DNA of 61,640 nucleotides, filler included, from 6 parts of 6 records of this genome joined end to end with filler, not necessarily neighbours in it; one strand, 5' to 3'. Positions 41,200 through 52,333 are shown, numbered from the whole stretch's first letter. Notes: generated by a model not told the origin, from the letters alone. Made by a program: numbers and translations.

Positions 41200-41960
41200 A
41201 GTGGTCCAGCTATGGTAGCGTATATATATCAACAAGTACCTGGAACATATTGTCGATGGTCACTCCTTCACCGCTCCCGTAGTAGATGTTACGTTTACCA
41301 TGGTTGCCAACCGAGCATTGGCCCCTTCTTTCAAACCTGCGATAGAAAAGTGGGCTACAGAAGGTGTCTTCTCGGTGATCGCAGGCCGCCGCAGGTGCAC
41401 CTTTTTTACCGTTCCATGGACCTGCTGCTCGGACATGAGCAAGAGATTCAGCATGAAGTACTCTGGTCTAAGACAAATTTGCTGAACCCGACCGCCGATC
41501 TGATCTTTTTCGATACGACCACCATCTGCTCTAAATTGGCCGGCCGGACCCTTCAGAGTTGAAGGTGTACGGGAAATCCAAATAGAAGCGGGACGGTCTG
41601 TCGTAAGTGACATTAGGACCTGCCGTCAACCATGAAGGTATTCTCATTCAGTGCTACGCAATGCCCGACAATCAACATGACAGCCATTGCGTAGAACAGG
41701 AACAGAGTGATCTCAATAGCTCAAACCTTGGCCGTGTTGTCTGGGTGATGGACCGGGGAATGACCAGCCAGAATAATATGGAAATCCTGCAACGTAGCGA
41801 TAGGCAGTATATCCTTGGTGAAAAGTTAAGCGGTTCCAAGTTGAACGAACAGGCTCTGTCTCACCCTGGCAGTTTCAAAGTCGTCAGCGACAGCCAGCAT
41901 ATCAGAGAAATTGATGTTGGTGAAGAATCAGCCGAGCAGCGCTATGTCGATCACCAATAA
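41200..41960 (+). pseudogene. IS1634-family transposase remnant
   Basis: DLIFFDTT and GRVVWVMDRGM.S..N...L......YILGEKL in different frames; start approximate. Confidence 0.75.
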
Positions 41961-41982
41961 TTGTTGAGGCCGGGTTTTCCCT

Positions 41983-42082
41983 NNNNNNNNNNNNNNNNNN
42001 NNNNNNNNNNNNNNNNNNNNNNNNNNTTAATTAATTAANNNNNNNNNNNNNNNNNNNNNNNNNNNNNNNNNNNNNNNNNNNN
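41983..42082. other. Artificial contig spacer
   Basis: N run with TTAATTAATTAA at 42027-42038. Confidence 0.99.
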
Positions 42083-42834
42083 TCCCGTCCCGGAACCTGT
42101 AAATCTCTCGGAAGCGGCGTTCCCGTTGCTATGACCACGGCATCGTAGTTCTTCAGGATATATTTCGCGGAAAGATCTTCACCAACCTCTACTTCTGTCT
42201 CGAACTTCACCCCTTCCTGCTCCATCTGTTCAACACGTCGTGCAATGAGCCACTTTTCCAGCTTGTAATTAGGAATTCCATACTGCAGTGTTCCACCGAT
42301 CCTGTCCGACTTCTCAAGCACGACCACATCATGCCCTTTGCGGGCCAACTGCTGAGCGGCGGCAAGACCGGCTGGTCCTGACCCTATTACGGCTACCTGT
42401 TTACCGCTTTTTACCGGGGCGGGTTCAGGTACTATCCAACCTTCCTCCCATCCCTTCTCGGCTATTTTCAGCTCTATATGCCGACAGGTAGTAGCAGCTT
42501 CATCAAGAGCCAGTGTACAGGATGCTTCACACAGAGCTGGACATACCAGACCGGTAAATTCGGGAAAGTTATTGGTCGAGTGCATCAGAATCAACGCCTC
42601 TTTCCAATCTCCCCTGTATACAGCATCTGAGTAGTCAGGAACAAGATTTCCCAACGGGCATCCGTATGAATGGCAGAACGGCACACCGCAATCCATGCAG
42701 CGGGCTGCCTGCTTTTTCAGCTCTTCATCGCTCAATGAGACCTCAATCTCTTTAAAATCTTCAACTCTCTCTTCTACCGGTCGGTATTGAGGGGCTTTTC
42801 TGTCATATTCCATAAATCCGGTTGGTTTAGCCAT
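42083..42834 (-). CDS. gltD: Glutamate synthase small subunit, 3'-truncated at contig end
   Basis: MAKPTGFME, RCMDCGVPFC, NNFPEFTG.VCPA.CE, GSGPAGLAAA. Confidence 0.95.
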
Positions 42835-45800
42835 CATATACCTCCTCGGTCGCGGATACGGTCTCTCCGTCCCTATCTTCATTCATCTTCATTCGTTCAA
42901 GAACCTTACGGTAATCAACCGGGATTACTTTCACAAAAAGCGGAAGGTGATCTTCCCAGTCCTCAAGTATGGTGGCCGCAAGTCTGCTGTTCGTCAGTCG
43001 TTGATGTTTTTCAATCAGCTGCTTCAGAATAATCTTATCTTCTTTGCTCCAGACACTCTCCAGGTCTACCATGTCAAGATTGCAGCGGGTATCGAACAAT
43101 TCGTTCGGATCATATACATATGCAATACCGCCGCTCATTCCAGCCGCGAAGTTCTTTCCGGTGCGGCCGATAATTACTACGGTTCCTCCGGTCATATATT
43201 CACAACCATGGTCTCCTACACCCTCCACAACAGCTGTTGCGCCGCTGTTTCGAACCGCGAAACGTTCTCCTGCGCGACCGTTAATGAATACTTCCCCGGC
43301 TGTAGCTCCATACAGCACCACATTTCCGCAGATTATATTACGCGCTGCCTTATATCCGGCATTTTGGGGTGGCACAACCACAATCTGTCCACCGCTCATA
43401 CCTTTGCCAACGTAGTCATTAGCATCGCCTTCAAGGCGAATATGCAGTCCTGGGGCAAGAAATGCACCAAAACTCTGTCCGGCTGATCCCTGCAGTTCCA
43501 GGTTGATGGTCTTCTCCGGAAGTCCCTCAGAACCGAATTCCTTGATAATTCTTCCGCTCAACGCGGCCCCAACGGTTCGATCAATATTTCTTACCGGCAG
43601 TTTGGCCTTAATCGGAACGGGGTCGCTCCAGAATTTACGGAGTTTTGATTCCAGCTTTTTCTCGAATTCGGTTTTCTCTTTTTTCTTTCGCTCCGGCACA
43701 TAGTGCAGCGGTGTGCCTTTATCAAGGTGGAATGGGTTCAGTATCTTTTCCAGATTGACATTATTGGCTTTCCAATGCTCAACAGCCGGTTCAAAATCGA
43801 GCTTATCTACTCTGCCGACCATATCTTCCAGCTTCCTGAAACCAAGCAGTGCCATCTCTTCCCGCAGTTCCTGAGCCAGGAATCTGAGGAATGTAACAAT
43901 ATATTCAGCCCTTCCCTTGAATTTCTTTCTCATTTCCGGATCCTGAGTGGCAACTCCCACTGGGCAGGTATTCAAGTGACATTTACGCATCATAACACAT
44001 CCGAGTGTAATCAGAAGCGAAGTACCAAAGCCAAACTCCTCGGCTCCGAGCAGAGCCGCGATGGCCAGATCTCTTCCTGTTTTCAGATGTCCATCAACCT
44101 GTACAATAATTTTATCACGAAGGTCATTTAATATAAGAGACTGCTGTGTTTCCGCCAGTCCCAGTTCCCAGGGTAGTCCGGCATGCTTGATAGCAGTTAG
44201 TGGTGAAGCACCTGTTCCGCCATTCTGTCCCGAAATCAATACTCGGTCGGCCTTTGCCTTGGCAACACCTGAAGCAACAGTACCCACACCGGCTTCCGAA
44301 ACCAGTTTTACGGAAACTTCAGCCTGATCATTTACCGTTTTCAAGTCTTTAATCAGCTGAGCCAGATCCTCGATTGAATAGATATCGTGATGCGGCGGAG
44401 GTGAGATAAGCGTTACACCCGGTGTAGTATGTCTGATTTTCGCAATATATTCGGAAACTTTATGCCCTGGAAGCTGTCCTCCCTCACCGGGTTTCGCTCC
44501 CTGAGCCATCTTAATCTGAATTTCATCGGCACTCATCAGGTATTCGGTAGTCACGCCGAAACGACCTGAAGCAACCTGCTTAATGCGTGATTTCTTGGAA
44601 TCACCATTCGGCAGCGGCTGAAATCTTACCGGATCCTCTCCGCCCTCACCACTGTTGCTTTTCGCCCCGATGCGGTTCATGGCAATTGCCACAGTCTCAT
44701 GTGCTTCGCGGCTTATGGAACCGATCGACATAGCTGCCGATACAAATCTTTTGGTAATCTCTTCAACGGATTCTACTTCATCAATTGGAACAGGCGTGCT
44801 CTCCTTATACGTAACCAATCCCCGTAAGTCTCCGTTATCCTTGTAGTAGGAGTTCATTAAAGCCGTAAATTCTTTGAATACATCATAATCTACCGCACGT
44901 GAAGCATGCTGGAGTTTATATATGCTTTCAGGAGTCCAGTAGTGTTTTTCACTATTGCGGCGAAATCTGTAAGAGCCGCCTGGTTCGAGCATTTTCGGTA
45001 CTGCCTCATTCTCCGGATATGCGTTTTTCAAACGCATAGCAGCCTCAATACTTATCTCCTTCAGGCCAATACCGCCGATTCGGGATACTGTCCCCGTAAA
45101 ATAGGTTTTGATGATATCTTCATTCAGACCCACAGCCTCAAAAATCTGTGTTCCAAAGAAACTGTGCAGTGTTGATATTCCCATCCTGCTGAAGGTTTTC
45201 AGCAAGCCTTTTTTCACGGCATTTACATAATTATCTGATGCCGATTCAGGGCTTAAATCACCAAGTTTTTTCGTTTCTGCAAGATTACGCACCGTGGAAA
45301 ATGCAATATAGGGACAAATCGCATCTACTCCGAAAGCTACGAGTAACGCAAAATGAAATACTTCCCGCACTTCTCCGGTTTCAACGATAATGCCGATCTT
45401 TCCACGCAGTCCCTTGCGGATCATATGATGATGCAGGCCGGATACTGCCAGCAGAGATGGGATTGGTGCTTTATCACGATCTACCTGCTTATCGGAAAGG
45501 ATCATAAGTGATACACCTTCATCAGCCAACTGTTCCGCTTTTCTAAACATACTATCCAAAGCCTGGCGCAGATTGTCTCCGGTATCGTCTGGTGTAAACG
45601 TTATATCTATATCGGCAGTTCGCAGGTCGGGATGACTATTGTTTCTCAGACGAACCATATCTCGACTACTCAGGATCGGATGACTCAGCTTCAGACTTCT
45701 GTACTGGGTCTGGTCTATATCAAGCGGATTGGATTCGTTTTCAATATAACTTTCCAGTGACATGACCAGCTGCTCACGCAGCGGATCAATAGGTGGATTG

Positions 45801-47413
45801 GTAACCTGGGCAAACATCTGCTTAAAATAGTTAAACAATAGCTGGGATTTTCTCGAAAGAACAGAAAGTCCGACATCATTTCCCATTGAACCAATTGCTT
45901 CCTGCCCCTGTTTTGCCATCGGTATCATGAGGGTCTTCAGGTCTTCATCGGTATAACCGAATGCGATCTGTTTCAGCAGCAGCTCCTCTTTATCCATTTT
46001 CGGAATCCCGGAAGGCATGAATAGACCACGCAGTTCAATACGTCGATCTTTAACCCAGCGCCGATAAGGATATTGTCGTGAAATCTTGGCTTTAATCTCA
46101 TTATCAGGAACAATTCTGTTCTGATGCAGGTCCACCAGAAACATTTTCCCGGGCTGCAGTCTTCCTTTACTCTGAATATTCTGCGGATTAAGTTCGACTA
46201 CCCCCGATTCGGAAGCGAGCACTATCAAGCCATCCTTGGTGATGGTATAACGGGCTGGTCTCAGTCCATTCCTGTCCAATGTCGCTCCGATATATCGTCC
46301 ATCGGTAAATACCACGGCGGCAGGGCCGTCCCATGGTTCCATGATTGTTGTATGATATTCGTAGAATGCCCGTTTATCAGCACTCATCTGGATATCGGGG
46401 GAATAGGCTTCCGGTATCATCATCATCATGACATGCGGAATTGTTCGTCCGGCCATGGTAAAAAGTTCAAGTACATTGTCAAATATAGCTGAATCACTTC
46501 CCGTTTCATCGATGATAGGTGTTATGTTCTGCAGTTCTTCACCTATAACTTTGGAAGACATAAAGCCTTCTCTGGCATGCTGTCTGTTAATGTTACCCTT
46601 AACCGTATTGATTTCACCGTTGTGGGCAAGATACCTGAACGGCTGCGCCAGACGCCATTCGGGAAGTGTATTTGTACTGAAACGTGAGTGGAGAATGGCG
46701 AATGGGCTCGTGAAATATTCGCTGGAAAGATCTTCGAAAAAGACCGGTACCTGATCTCCGGTTAGCAGTCCCTTATATATAATGAGTTTTGATGACAGGC
46801 TGCATATATAGAATTGGCTGACATCCGTTCCCTCTATACCCTCAATCCGTTTCTCTATGGTTCTTCGGATAATATAGAGTTTGCGTTCATATTCTTCACT
46901 CTGAATTTCGCCTCTGTCTATAAAAAACTGTTCTATAGCAGGTTCGGTGGAGAGCGCGAGTTCGCCAAGTTTGGAATTATCAATAGGAACTTTTCTCCAG
47001 TGCAGGAGAGAAAGGCCAAATTCCTGAATACAGGACTCTACCGCTTTTCTGCATTTCTCAGCAGCTTTCTCTTTTGATGGTAGAAACGTCATACCGACTG
47101 CGTAATCACCAAATTCCGGCAGTTGTGCTTCTGTTACTGTTCTGCGGAAAAATCCGTCTGGCAGACGAATCATGATTCCTGCGCCATCACCGGTCAGGGC
47201 ATCGCCGCCGACAGCACCCCGGTGCTGAAGGTTTATTAGTATTCTCAGCCCTTCGGTTACTACCGAATGCCTCGGTTCACCATCAAGCTGAGCTATAAAT
47301 CCAACTCCACAGCTGTCGTGTTCAAATCCTGGATGGTAGAGACCAGCTGCTTCATGTTTCCCGGCCGCGTTTCTTCTTTTATTCATTCCGGGCATGTGTT
47401 TTACGCGTTGCAT
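42827..47413 (-). CDS. gltB: Glutamate synthase large subunit
   Basis: HDSCGVG Ntn-Cys, HSRFSTNT, HNGEINT, QGAKPGEGGQLPG, C..MRKCHLNTCPVG, GXGXG domain; start after AGGAG. Confidence 0.98.
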   Translation of the reverse strand: MQRVKHMPGMNKRRNAAGKHEAAGLYHPGFEHDSCGVGFIAQLDGEPRHSVVTEGLRILINLQHRGAVGGDALTGDGAGIMIRLPDGFFRRTVTEAQLPEFGDYAVGMTFLPSKEKAAEKCRKAVESCIQEFGLSLLHWRKVPIDNSKLGELALSTEPAIEQFFIDRGEIQSEEYERKLYIIRRTIEKRIEGIEGTDVSQFYICSLSSKLIIYKGLLTGDQVPVFFEDLSSEYFTSPFAILHSRFSTNTLPEWRLAQPFRYLAHNGEINTVKGNINRQHAREGFMSSKVIGEELQNITPIIDETGSDSAIFDNVLELFTMAGRTIPHVMMMMIPEAYSPDIQMSADKRAFYEYHTTIMEPWDGPAAVVFTDGRYIGATLDRNGLRPARYTITKDGLIVLASESGVVELNPQNIQSKGRLQPGKMFLVDLHQNRIVPDNEIKAKISRQYPYRRWVKDRRIELRGLFMPSGIPKMDKEELLLKQIAFGYTDEDLKTLMIPMAKQGQEAIGSMGNDVGLSVLSRKSQLLFNYFKQMFAQVTNPPIDPLREQLVMSLESYIENESNPLDIDQTQYRSLKLSHPILSSRDMVRLRNNSHPDLRTADIDITFTPDDTGDNLRQALDSMFRKAEQLADEGVSLMILSDKQVDRDKAPIPSLLAVSGLHHHMIRKGLRGKIGIIVETGEVREVFHFALLVAFGVDAICPYIAFSTVRNLAETKKLGDLSPESASDNYVNAVKKGLLKTFSRMGISTLHSFFGTQIFEAVGLNEDIIKTYFTGTVSRIGGIGLKEISIEAAMRLKNAYPENEAVPKMLEPGGSYRFRRNSEKHYWTPESIYKLQHASRAVDYDVFKEFTALMNSYYKDNGDLRGLVTYKESTPVPIDEVESVEEITKRFVSAAMSIGSISREAHETVAIAMNRIGAKSNSGEGGEDPVRFQPLPNGDSKKSRIKQVASGRFGVTTEYLMSADEIQIKMAQGAKPGEGGQLPGHKVSEYIAKIRHTTPGVTLISPPPHHDIYSIEDLAQLIKDLKTVNDQAEVSVKLVSEAGVGTVASGVAKAKADRVLISGQNGGTGASPLTAIKHAGLPWELGLAETQQSLILNDLRDKIIVQVDGHLKTGRDLAIAALLGAEEFGFGTSLLITLGCVMMRKCHLNTCPVGVATQDPEMRKKFKGRAEYIVTFLRFLAQELREEMALLGFRKLEDMVGRVDKLDFEPAVEHWKANNVNLEKILNPFHLDKGTPLHYVPERKKKEKTEFEKKLESKLRKFWSDPVPIKAKLPVRNIDRTVGAALSGRIIKEFGSEGLPEKTINLELQGSAGQSFGAFLAPGLHIRLEGDANDYVGKGMSGGQIVVVPPQNAGYKAARNIICGNVVLYGATAGEVFINGRAGERFAVRNSGATAVVEGVGDHGCEYMTGGTVVIIGRTGKNFAAGMSGGIAYVYDPNELFDTRCNLDMVDLESVWSKEDKIILKQLIEKHQRLTNSRLAATILEDWEDHLPLFVKVIPVDYRKVLERMKMNEDRDGETVSATEEVYDG

Positions 47414-47641
47414 ATACACTCCTAATTTCTGTATATTTATACAGAATTTATACACATACAGTTAGTTAGAGTGCATAATATGAGAAATAAAATGATTGGT
47501 CAAGAAGCCGATAGCGGGTGAAAAAATGTCTTTTTATGAGGTCATTCTCCTGCAGTCTTATGTTTTCATAAGTTAAACTGCATTTTTATTCTAATTGCAT
47601 AAAAATACAATCAATTTCTTACATAAAACATGAGCTATTGG

Positions 47642-47668
47642 CGGATCATACGGATCATGCGGATCATA
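47642..47668. repeat. Short tandem repeat (CGGATCATR) x3
   Basis: CGGATCATA CGGATCATG CGGATCATA upstream of gltB. Confidence 0.7.
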
Positions 47669-47731
47669 TAAAATCATGAATAATGAACGGTCCGCTTGTA
47701 GTTATTGGTGAAATTTCCCACACTCTTTCGG

Positions 47732-47831
47732 NNNNNNNNNNNNNNNNNNNNNNNNNNNNNNNNNNNNNNNNNNNNTTAATTAATTAANNNNNNNNNNNNN
47801 NNNNNNNNNNNNNNNNNNNNNNNNNNNNNNN
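47732..47831. other. Artificial contig spacer
   Basis: N run with TTAATTAATTAA at 47776-47787. Confidence 0.99.
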
Positions 47832-48296
47832 GGGAAAAAAGATATTTCTCATCTGAGGGGACATTCCCTGGCACCTTTGATGGCCGGAAAGAAAAGTATG
47901 TACCCTGAATTCGTATACAGTGAATGTCATTCCGAGGGAAATTGTACCGGATCCTTTATGATTCGAAAAGGGGACTGGAAATACATTCATTTTACCTGGT
48001 ATGATGATTTGTTGTTTAATGTAAAAGACGATCCAGGTGAATTCAATAACCTGATTGACGACCCCAGTATTGTTGAGATTAAAAAAGAATTAATGGATAT
48101 CCTGCATTCCCAGGTTGATCCTGAAAAAGTAACCGTACGAGCCTTTCAAACGCAGGAGAAATTCCTGCATCAACTCGCTAAGAATAAAACCGAAGATGAA
48201 TTAGCAGCTTACTTTGCCGGCCGAATGGGACCCGGGCTTGCCAGAGCTTTGGCAGCAAAAGCAAAGGACGATAATCTGAATTGTTTTAAATTGTAA
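47832..48296 (+). CDS. Sulfatase C-terminal part (choline-sulfatase-like), 5'-truncated
   Basis: FMIRKGDWKYI, LFNVKDDPGEFNNL. Confidence 0.8.
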   Translation, partial: GKKDISHLRGHSLAPLMAGKKSMYPEFVYSECHSEGNCTGSFMIRKGDWKYIHFTWYDDLLFNVKDDPGEFNNLIDDPSIVEIKKELMDILHSQVDPEKVTVRAFQTQEKFLHQLAKNKTEDELAAYFAGRMGPGLARALAAKAKDDNLNCFKL

Positions 48297-48302
48297 AAAA
48301 TG

Positions 48303-48345
48303 ATGTTGTTGCGGAAACCAATCTTTCAGGTATCCGCAACAACAT
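48303..48345 (+). terminator. Hairpin after the sulfatase gene
   Basis: ATGTTGTTGCGGA...TCCGCAACAACAT 13-bp inverted repeat. Confidence 0.55.
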
Positions 48346-48620
48346 GTTGTAAAGATGTATGTTTTTCCATTCATTTTTACCCCACTTTAATCTGTTTTTT
48401 AATATTTTTTGTTTAATACCCATAAAAAGTATCGATCTGGTTAATCCTTTTTCATTCCTATAAAATAAAACTAAAAGGAATTGTAATACAGTTTACCGGG
48501 TCACGTAATTTGATTAAATAAATAAATAATTTTCCATTTATTTCTTGACTTTATTACTCTAGTTTTATAAGTTAATAAATAACTTAACGATTATGGAGGG
48601 GCGATTATGAAAGTTTGATT

Positions 48621-48665
48621 AAGGCACTTGAGAGGTTAATTATTAACCAAAGGGTGCCTTTTTTT
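48621..48665 (+). terminator. Intrinsic terminator in the long leader of the TonB receptor gene
   Basis: AAGGCAC...GGTTAA-TTA-TTAACC...GTGCCTT with a T7 run. Confidence 0.7.
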
Positions 48666-49339
48666 ATTTATTCTTCAAGATGATCTGTTTTTATTTTTTT
48701 AATAGATCCATTTCTCTTATCCGCTTTTAATCTGACTCCGGGATGATTTTGCGACGGGATATGACCTGCTTTAATAAGGAAATGGCAAGTACTTTATATG
48801 TTGGTAAGACTGTAGAGCGAATCTAATATTTTATAGTTGTATGAGACACAGTCGTCTCAAGCACGTTTATTTAGCATTCTCTATGATAATTGTATTTTAC
48901 TTGTTCTCTTGTTAACCTCAGGTTTACGCCTGAGTTCAGTGTTATGGTGGAAACATCTCATCCACGCCGAGCCTAAACTTCTTTAGGTCATTTACGAATT
49001 GTTACTTTAATTAAAGTATTTTTGATTGTTGATCGCGAATAGAATGAATCCGTAACATAATTAATAACAATGAATAAAATGACTTCCAGCTAATTAAAAA
49101 AATACAGTAACTTTATATTTACATTATAATGGATTCGACCTTTTTAAAAGGACATCCGGCTTTTTCAATTTCAAGAAAGTATCATCCCGTTATTTATTGT
49201 AAAAGGTGATATCGTTTTGTTTCTACATATATTAGATGTAGCTTGAATTTATAGAGTGATATGTTGCAGGTAACTGTATTGTCCTGCAAAAACAAAGAAT
49301 AACTATTTCATAATTGGTAGACGAACAGGAGTGAAGTTT

Positions 49340-52333
49340 ATGAAAAAACCATTATATCGAATATTACTCTTTCTATTTGTTTTCCTGTTTATATTTCATC
49401 TATCCAATTTAATGGCTGGGACGACCGGTAAAATCAGAGGTATTGTCAAAGATGCTGATTCTGGAGAGTTATTACCTGGTGTTAATGTCATGGTCAGTAA
49501 AATATGGTCTGGCAATAATGAGAAAGACTACACCAGTGGCCTGGGAGCGGCATCGGGAATTAATGGAGAGTTTATTATCCTGAGAGTTCCTCCCGGAACC
49601 TATACACTGACTGCCAGTATGATGGGTTATACTCAAACAGCAAAACAACACGTAAGAGTGAGTATCGATAGAACAACGCCTGTAAATTTTGCATTACAGC
49701 AAACAGTTTTACAGGCTGGAGAAGAAATTGTCGTTGAGGCAAAAAGAGATATTGTCCAACTCGATGTCTCGGCAACTGAAAGTTATATCTCAACCGAGCA
49801 ATATGAGGCCACTCCTTTTGCCAATAGAATTGAAGATGTTATCGCGATGCAATCCGGGGTAAGTGGGAATCTCCTTCAGGGCACAATTAAGATACGTGAA
49901 GGTGAAGCGCATGAGTTGGGATTTCTGATGGATGGTGTTGATATAAGTGATAAAAAATTTAATCGTCCAATTATGTCAATACAACCCGGTGCAGTAGAAG
50001 AAATCAAAATCATGCGGAATGGTTTTAATGCCGAATATGGACAATCTCGCTCAGGTGTTATAAATGTTGTGACAAAAACACCTTCTGACAAGCTCCATTT
50101 TGCCATTGATTATCAATATACTCCAGCTCAAAAAGCCCATTACGGACGGGATAAATATGATCCGAATTATCGCTGGGAAACGCGCCTGCTGGCAGGTCCA
50201 AATGCTTTTGAAGGGGACTCTCTCTTTATTGTTGATGGATTACACAAATCAAAATATACCTGGATTGGCTGGAATAAATACTCTGAAAATCTCCTGAACG
50301 ATAACAATCCTGACAATGATCTGACGGCTGATGAAGCATTCGAATTATGGCAATGGCGTCACCGTCCCATTGAATATGGTAAGACAAGTGGTCATAATAT
50401 TGATCTTACTTTATCGGGCCGGGTACCTTTGATTCCATGGGATTCCAATTTTATGGTGGGGGGCAAGTATGAATACAATCCCTTTAGCTACCCCATGTCG
50501 AGAGATCACTACGATGAAAGAATTACTACTGCCAAATGGGTCAATACTCTTAGCTCCAATATCAAACTAACAATAAACAGTGCCTACTCTGAAGTACGAA
50601 CTGTCACAGAAGGAAAGTCAACCAGTAGCTGGAGTGAGGAAGATCGAATTTCTTATACCGGTGATGGATTCCCTAATTATTACCCCTTTTACAAGCCAAT
50701 CATTGACAGATATACAACAATTGTTGGAGCGCGCCTTATCCATACTTTATCACCTACCATGTTCTATGAAGTAAACCTGAATCATTTTTACGTTAAATAT
50801 TTTATGGGAAGACCGGAACCATCCAAAGCAGAGGATGGTCGTTATTTTCATGACCGCTTATATTACGATCCACAATCAGGCTACATTCCCAAGGAATTGG
50901 GAGTGTCTGATGATGCGTCCGGATACCAGATGTATGGCGGATCTATGACCTGGGATAATTCGTGGAATCGACGCACATCTTTCAAGGCATCACTGACAAA
51001 TCAATTTCATCCGGCACATGAGTTTAAAGCCGGTCTTGAATATAATTATAATACAATTCGGGAAGATCGGCTGCATTGGCATAATGATGATTCAACCCAG
51101 GCCTTCATTCGTGACTATAAAGTATTTCCGGTCGAGTTTGGTGCCTTTGTTCAGGATAAAATTGAATTTCAAGGCATGATTGCCAATATCGGAGTGCGTT
51201 TTGATTATTTTGATACAAATACACTTCGTCCGGATCCGCATCGGGCCCTGGAATACGATAGCAATCGTGATATTTACGAAGCTTATATGGCCGGTGTTTA
51301 CCCGACATATCGGGCCGATGCGAACACTTATATTAGTCCTCGCATAGGCATCTCGCATCCTCTTTCCGATCGCAGTAAAATATATTTTAATTATGGTCAT
51401 TTTGTTTCAACACCAAAAACCGAAGTCCTTTATCATACGTTGGTGGATAAATCGCTTCCCCGAATCACCTTTATGGGAAATCCGGAAATAGAATTCCCCA
51501 AAACGATTGCCTATGAATTGGGATGCGATATCAGTCTGAGTGATTTCTTTTTGCTTCACCTTGGCGCTTTTTACAAAGACAATGATGATTTCGAAAGTGG
51601 TATGGTTTACGCCCATTCCGATCAGAGTCTGGTCATGGAATGGTATGACCAGAACGATTATAAGGAAATTCGCGGTTTCGAAATTGAATTGCGCAAGACC
51701 ATGGGTGAATTTGTTACCGGTATGTTGAACTATAATTATATTAAAAAAAGTGAAGCGAATCTCGAAATTCCCAATTTGAGTCAAATACCTATTGTGACAG
51801 ATGATCCGAATATTGGCCGGGATGGTGTGTTGTGGGGTGTGCCACGATCTAATATTATTGAAGTTCAACCTTATGCCCGTGGTGTTATTACCTTCTCAGC
51901 TCCACGTGATTGGGGGCCTCGAATCCGGAACACATCCATTTTAGGCAACACGAATCTGAGTCTTCAATTATACTATCAAAGTGGGGAATATAGAGATCAT
52001 CCACGGGGTAGTTTTCGGGATGCACATCCGGATGTTCGCTTTAAAGAAAAGGATAAATACTGGGCGAATATGCGCTTGTCCCGACTCGTGCATTTTAAAC
52101 AATTAAATATGGAATTCTATGTTGATGTAAGCAATATACTTCATACAGAGTTTCGAAATCTACCTGGTGGCCTGAGTCGGGAGGATTATTACGACGATTT
52201 GTTCCAATCAGGCAAAATTGACAAGCTTGGAACAACAGATCTCTCGAATCCCGGTATTTTGAATACAGAGAGTGATGATGTGTTCTGGGCGAAAAAGAAA
52301 AAAGTCATTCTTGGGTTGCGGTTGAGCATGTAA
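49340..52333 (+). CDS. TonB-dependent receptor with carboxypeptidase-regulatory-like N-domain (KSB1/Calditrichota type)
   Basis: AGTTGKIRG.V.D...GE.LPG.NV, GFNAEYG...SGVINVVTK, FVQDKIEF, SPRIGISHP, GNP. Confidence 0.9.
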   Translation: MKKPLYRILLFLFVFLFIFHLSNLMAGTTGKIRGIVKDADSGELLPGVNVMVSKIWSGNNEKDYTSGLGAASGINGEFIILRVPPGTYTLTASMMGYTQTAKQHVRVSIDRTTPVNFALQQTVLQAGEEIVVEAKRDIVQLDVSATESYISTEQYEATPFANRIEDVIAMQSGVSGNLLQGTIKIREGEAHELGFLMDGVDISDKKFNRPIMSIQPGAVEEIKIMRNGFNAEYGQSRSGVINVVTKTPSDKLHFAIDYQYTPAQKAHYGRDKYDPNYRWETRLLAGPNAFEGDSLFIVDGLHKSKYTWIGWNKYSENLLNDNNPDNDLTADEAFELWQWRHRPIEYGKTSGHNIDLTLSGRVPLIPWDSNFMVGGKYEYNPFSYPMSRDHYDERITTAKWVNTLSSNIKLTINSAYSEVRTVTEGKSTSSWSEEDRISYTGDGFPNYYPFYKPIIDRYTTIVGARLIHTLSPTMFYEVNLNHFYVKYFMGRPEPSKAEDGRYFHDRLYYDPQSGYIPKELGVSDDASGYQMYGGSMTWDNSWNRRTSFKASLTNQFHPAHEFKAGLEYNYNTIREDRLHWHNDDSTQAFIRDYKVFPVEFGAFVQDKIEFQGMIANIGVRFDYFDTNTLRPDPHRALEYDSNRDIYEAYMAGVYPTYRADANTYISPRIGISHPLSDRSKIYFNYGHFVSTPKTEVLYHTLVDKSLPRITFMGNPEIEFPKTIAYELGCDISLSDFFLLHLGAFYKDNDDFESGMVYAHSDQSLVMEWYDQNDYKEIRGFEIELRKTMGEFVTGMLNYNYIKKSEANLEIPNLSQIPIVTDDPNIGRDGVLWGVPRSNIIEVQPYARGVITFSAPRDWGPRIRNTSILGNTNLSLQLYYQSGEYRDHPRGSFRDAHPDVRFKEKDKYWANMRLSRLVHFKQLNMEFYVDVSNILHTEFRNLPGGLSREDYYDDLFQSGKIDKLGTTDLSNPGILNTESDDVFWAKKKKVILGLRLSM

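Noticed and set aside
42947-47077. Numerous plus-strand ORFs within gltB, and similar short ORFs opposite other large genes
   Set aside because: Antisense or alternate-frame shadows of well-supported genes.
8532-47787. Recurring TTAATTAATTAA as a biological repeat or CRISPR, and ORFs running into X
   Set aside because: It is an artificial linker inside N spacers; no CRISPR array or cas gene is seen anywhere in the window.
48915-48995. c-di-GMP-I-like GCCTAAAC element in the TonB receptor leader
   Set aside because: P2 and the ACGCAAAG junction are absent; only isolated hairpins are seen.
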